From assembly GCA_030704615.1 (NCBI GenBank), contig CM060732.1:66650001-66714000 (forward strand): a stretch of DNA of 64,000 bases, read 5' to 3'. The stretch is from Takakia lepidozioides (Eukaryota > Plantae > Bryophyta). The notes beneath the pieces were generated by a model. That model was not told the DNA's origin, made no database searches, and saw only the letters and a program-made list of their open reading frames with translations. Positions 63,143 through 64,000 of the stretch are shown here, piece by piece; position 1 is the first letter of the stretch; each line of letters begins with the position of its first letter. The position numbers and the translations under genes were made by a program.

Positions 63143-63595
63143 ATGACTTCTGATTATTATTCTTGTATTATTCATTGGGTCAAACGGATGTATCAAGGGC
63201 GCAAGAAGGCGAGTGATCATAGGTTATACTTCAGTGATAAAGTTTTTGACCTGCTGATGAGTAAGCAGTATCTCCAGCAATTGCATCACGACCCGTCGAA
63301 CTATTCTTCCACGAAGAAGACGCTGAAGAAGAAGTTGGATTCGGTTACCCAGTGCCTCCGTATTTGCCGTGAAGTTGCAAATCAATGGCCTATACTGGAA
63401 TGGCCCAACGAGCAATATTGGGCGATTCTATGCTTGGCAGTCGAGGGTAATTCTAAGTTTCACGATGGGGGAGTGTCGAATGAGGTGGTGAAAAGCCGTG
63501 CTGCAAAGAAGTTTTATGTAGTTGATGGCTTGGACTTGGGGGATGCTGTGGTGGCCCTCATGAAGTACGTTCCCGACTTTGGGACGAGGCGTTGA
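63143..63595 (+). other. Unassigned 150-aa ORF adjacent to the gypsy remnant
   Basis: ATG-initiated open frame with protein-like composition; no motif recognised. Confidence 0.3.
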
Positions 63596-64000
63596 TGCTT
63601 GTGCTAAGTGTATAGTGTACAGGGTATTCAAGCTACACATAGTTTTGACCATAGATACAACATATGGTTTTACTACACTTTACAATAGCAATGTATGCAT
63701 TAGGTGCAAAAAAACTCCATATAGGGGTCATCCTAGAATTCAAACTGGAATGCTTTGCCAATATGACAGCAACCACTCAATCACTAAATATACACATCAT
63801 TCTTCATTGAAATCAAATACAAAAAAAAACCACAAAACAAGAAAAACAAACGGCAAAAAACTTGAACCGAAATAGATCTCTCCAAATGAATGTTGGTAAT
63901 GCAATTTTCTGAAAGAATCCAGGGCTCCCAACTCGTTCTCCGACATCGGTAAGCTCCGCTCTCAAATATTCTTAACACTATTCATGCCATTTTGTCAGCT

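Overview
Eukaryotic nuclear DNA from a land plant. It is most likely a non-seed plant (bryophyte, lycophyte or fern), inferred from the homogeneous intronless PLS-DYW gene, G-rich splice acceptors and LINE types. Eight intact genes could be spliced by hand, and they alternate strictly in orientation as four head-to-head pairs: organellar ribosomal protein bS21 (-) / PLS-DYW RNA-editing PPR (+); CPYC glutaredoxin (-) / PIR-SRA1-CYFIP (+, 30 coding exons); class IV aminotransferase DAAT/ADCL (-) / PDF1-like Pro-rich secreted protein (+); complex I NDUFA8 (-) / 3-mercaptopyruvate sulfurtransferase (+). Both window ends are retrotransposon debris: L1-like LINEs on the left and a Ty3/gypsy with an inverted PR-RT block on the right. 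Main observations: (1) PIR has two minor-spliceosome (U12)-type introns, one of which can only be spliced in frame from a non-GT donor, best read as AT-AA. (2) Recent tandem duplications in DAAT copy a splice acceptor, creating an in-frame poison site, and copy the whole last exon, creating a possible alternative C-terminus. (3) The PPR code is readable and predicts a codon-phased editing target. (4) Several short repeat families are present: a tRNA-derived SINE, head-to-tail LINE 3' tails, a TG...CA solo-LTR-like element and a MITE. No prokaryotic-type system (CRISPR, operon) is present, and I found no single clearly new multi-gene system. All coordinates were read by hand, and family assignments rest on motif recall rather than database searches.
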